Shown in pieces: positions 63,720-64,000 of a DNA stretch of 64,000 bases. How positions within the stretch are numbered: position 1 is the stretch's first letter; each line of letters starts with the position of its first letter. Under the pieces are notes generated by a model. The model worked only from the letters and a program-made list of their open reading frames with translations, had not been told where the DNA came from and ran no database searches. Source of the stretch: an uncultured Gemmatimonadales bacterium (GTDB lineage Bacteria > Gemmatimonadota > Gemmatimonadetes > Gemmatimonadales > GWC2-71-9); the NCBI GenBank assembly GCA_963804125.1, contig CAWDPF010000011.1:1-64000 (forward strand). The letters run 5' to 3'. A program made the translations under genes and the position numbers.

Positions 63720-64000
63720 GGCGCCTCGCGGGCGAGGAGATCGGTGGCCAACCGCACGTAGAGCTCCACGCCGCGGAGGAGGTCGGCCTTGCGGATGTGC
63801 TCCTGGGCGGTGTGCGCGACCTTGATCGTGCCGGGGCCCAGCTGGTAGCCCTCGCCCCAGCTCGCGAGGAAGGGCAGATCGCTGGCGTAGCTCACGACGG
63901 TCGTGTCCCAGCCCGCCGGTGCGGCGCCGGCCTTGTGGCTCGGCAGCTCGACCGGGAACGCCACGGCGACCCCCGGCGCGGCCAGCGCCCGGATCGCGGC
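63716..64000 (-). CDS. M20-family peptidase C-terminal fragment (DapE/ArgE-like), continues beyond window end
   Basis: ...YASDLPFLASWGEGYQLGPGTIKVAHTAQEHIRKADLLRGVELYVRLATDLLAREAP* matches the C-terminus of M20 succinyl-diaminopimelate desuccinylase-type enzymes. Upstream of asd in the dap cluster. Confidence 0.5.
   Translation of the reverse strand, partial: AAIRALAAPGVAVAFPVELPSHKAGAAPAGWDTTVVSYASDLPFLASWGEGYQLGPGTIKVAHTAQEHIRKADLLRGVELYVRLATDLLAREAP

Overview
This is a 64-kb, ~70% GC, gene-dense bacterial chromosomal segment. I found no rRNA, tRNA, CRISPR array, transposase or integrase.

Recognisable content:
- A partial F-type ATP synthase operon (atpZ/I-B-E-F-H, F0 and delta subunits only, no F1 genes).
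- A glutaryl-CoA dehydrogenase, ETF alpha/beta and ETF-ubiquinone oxidoreductase cluster.
- A lysine/diaminopimelate cluster: partial dapE-like, asd, lysC, dapB, dapA, dapD.
- asnB, cstA with ybdD, an NAD-dependent isocitrate dehydrogenase, and a TonB-dependent receptor.
- Several zinc-hydrolase families: M1 aminopeptidase-like, YpfJ, SprT-like, DUF885, a PF15887-like peptidase and a metzincin-like lipoprotein.
- Two diverged NhaP-type cation/proton antiporters, each convergent with a receiver-only response regulator.

Many genes, including essential ones (atpB, icd, dapA, dapB, asnB), need one or more frame changes to read through. I read this as indel noise in the assembly rather than real pseudogenes. 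Coordinates of the disrupted genes are therefore approximate.

Sequence features not explained by the genes:
- Two families of long perfect palindromic REP-like elements sitting at gene 3' ends.
- One REP-like copy whose loop has been expanded by a GIY-YIG nuclease ORF.
- GGACGGAAGG-type microsatellite hairpins at two loci.
- A ~520-bp array of about 25 tandem 21-bp units.
- A 4.6-kb island bracketed by the two antiporter/response-regulator modules in inverted orientation.
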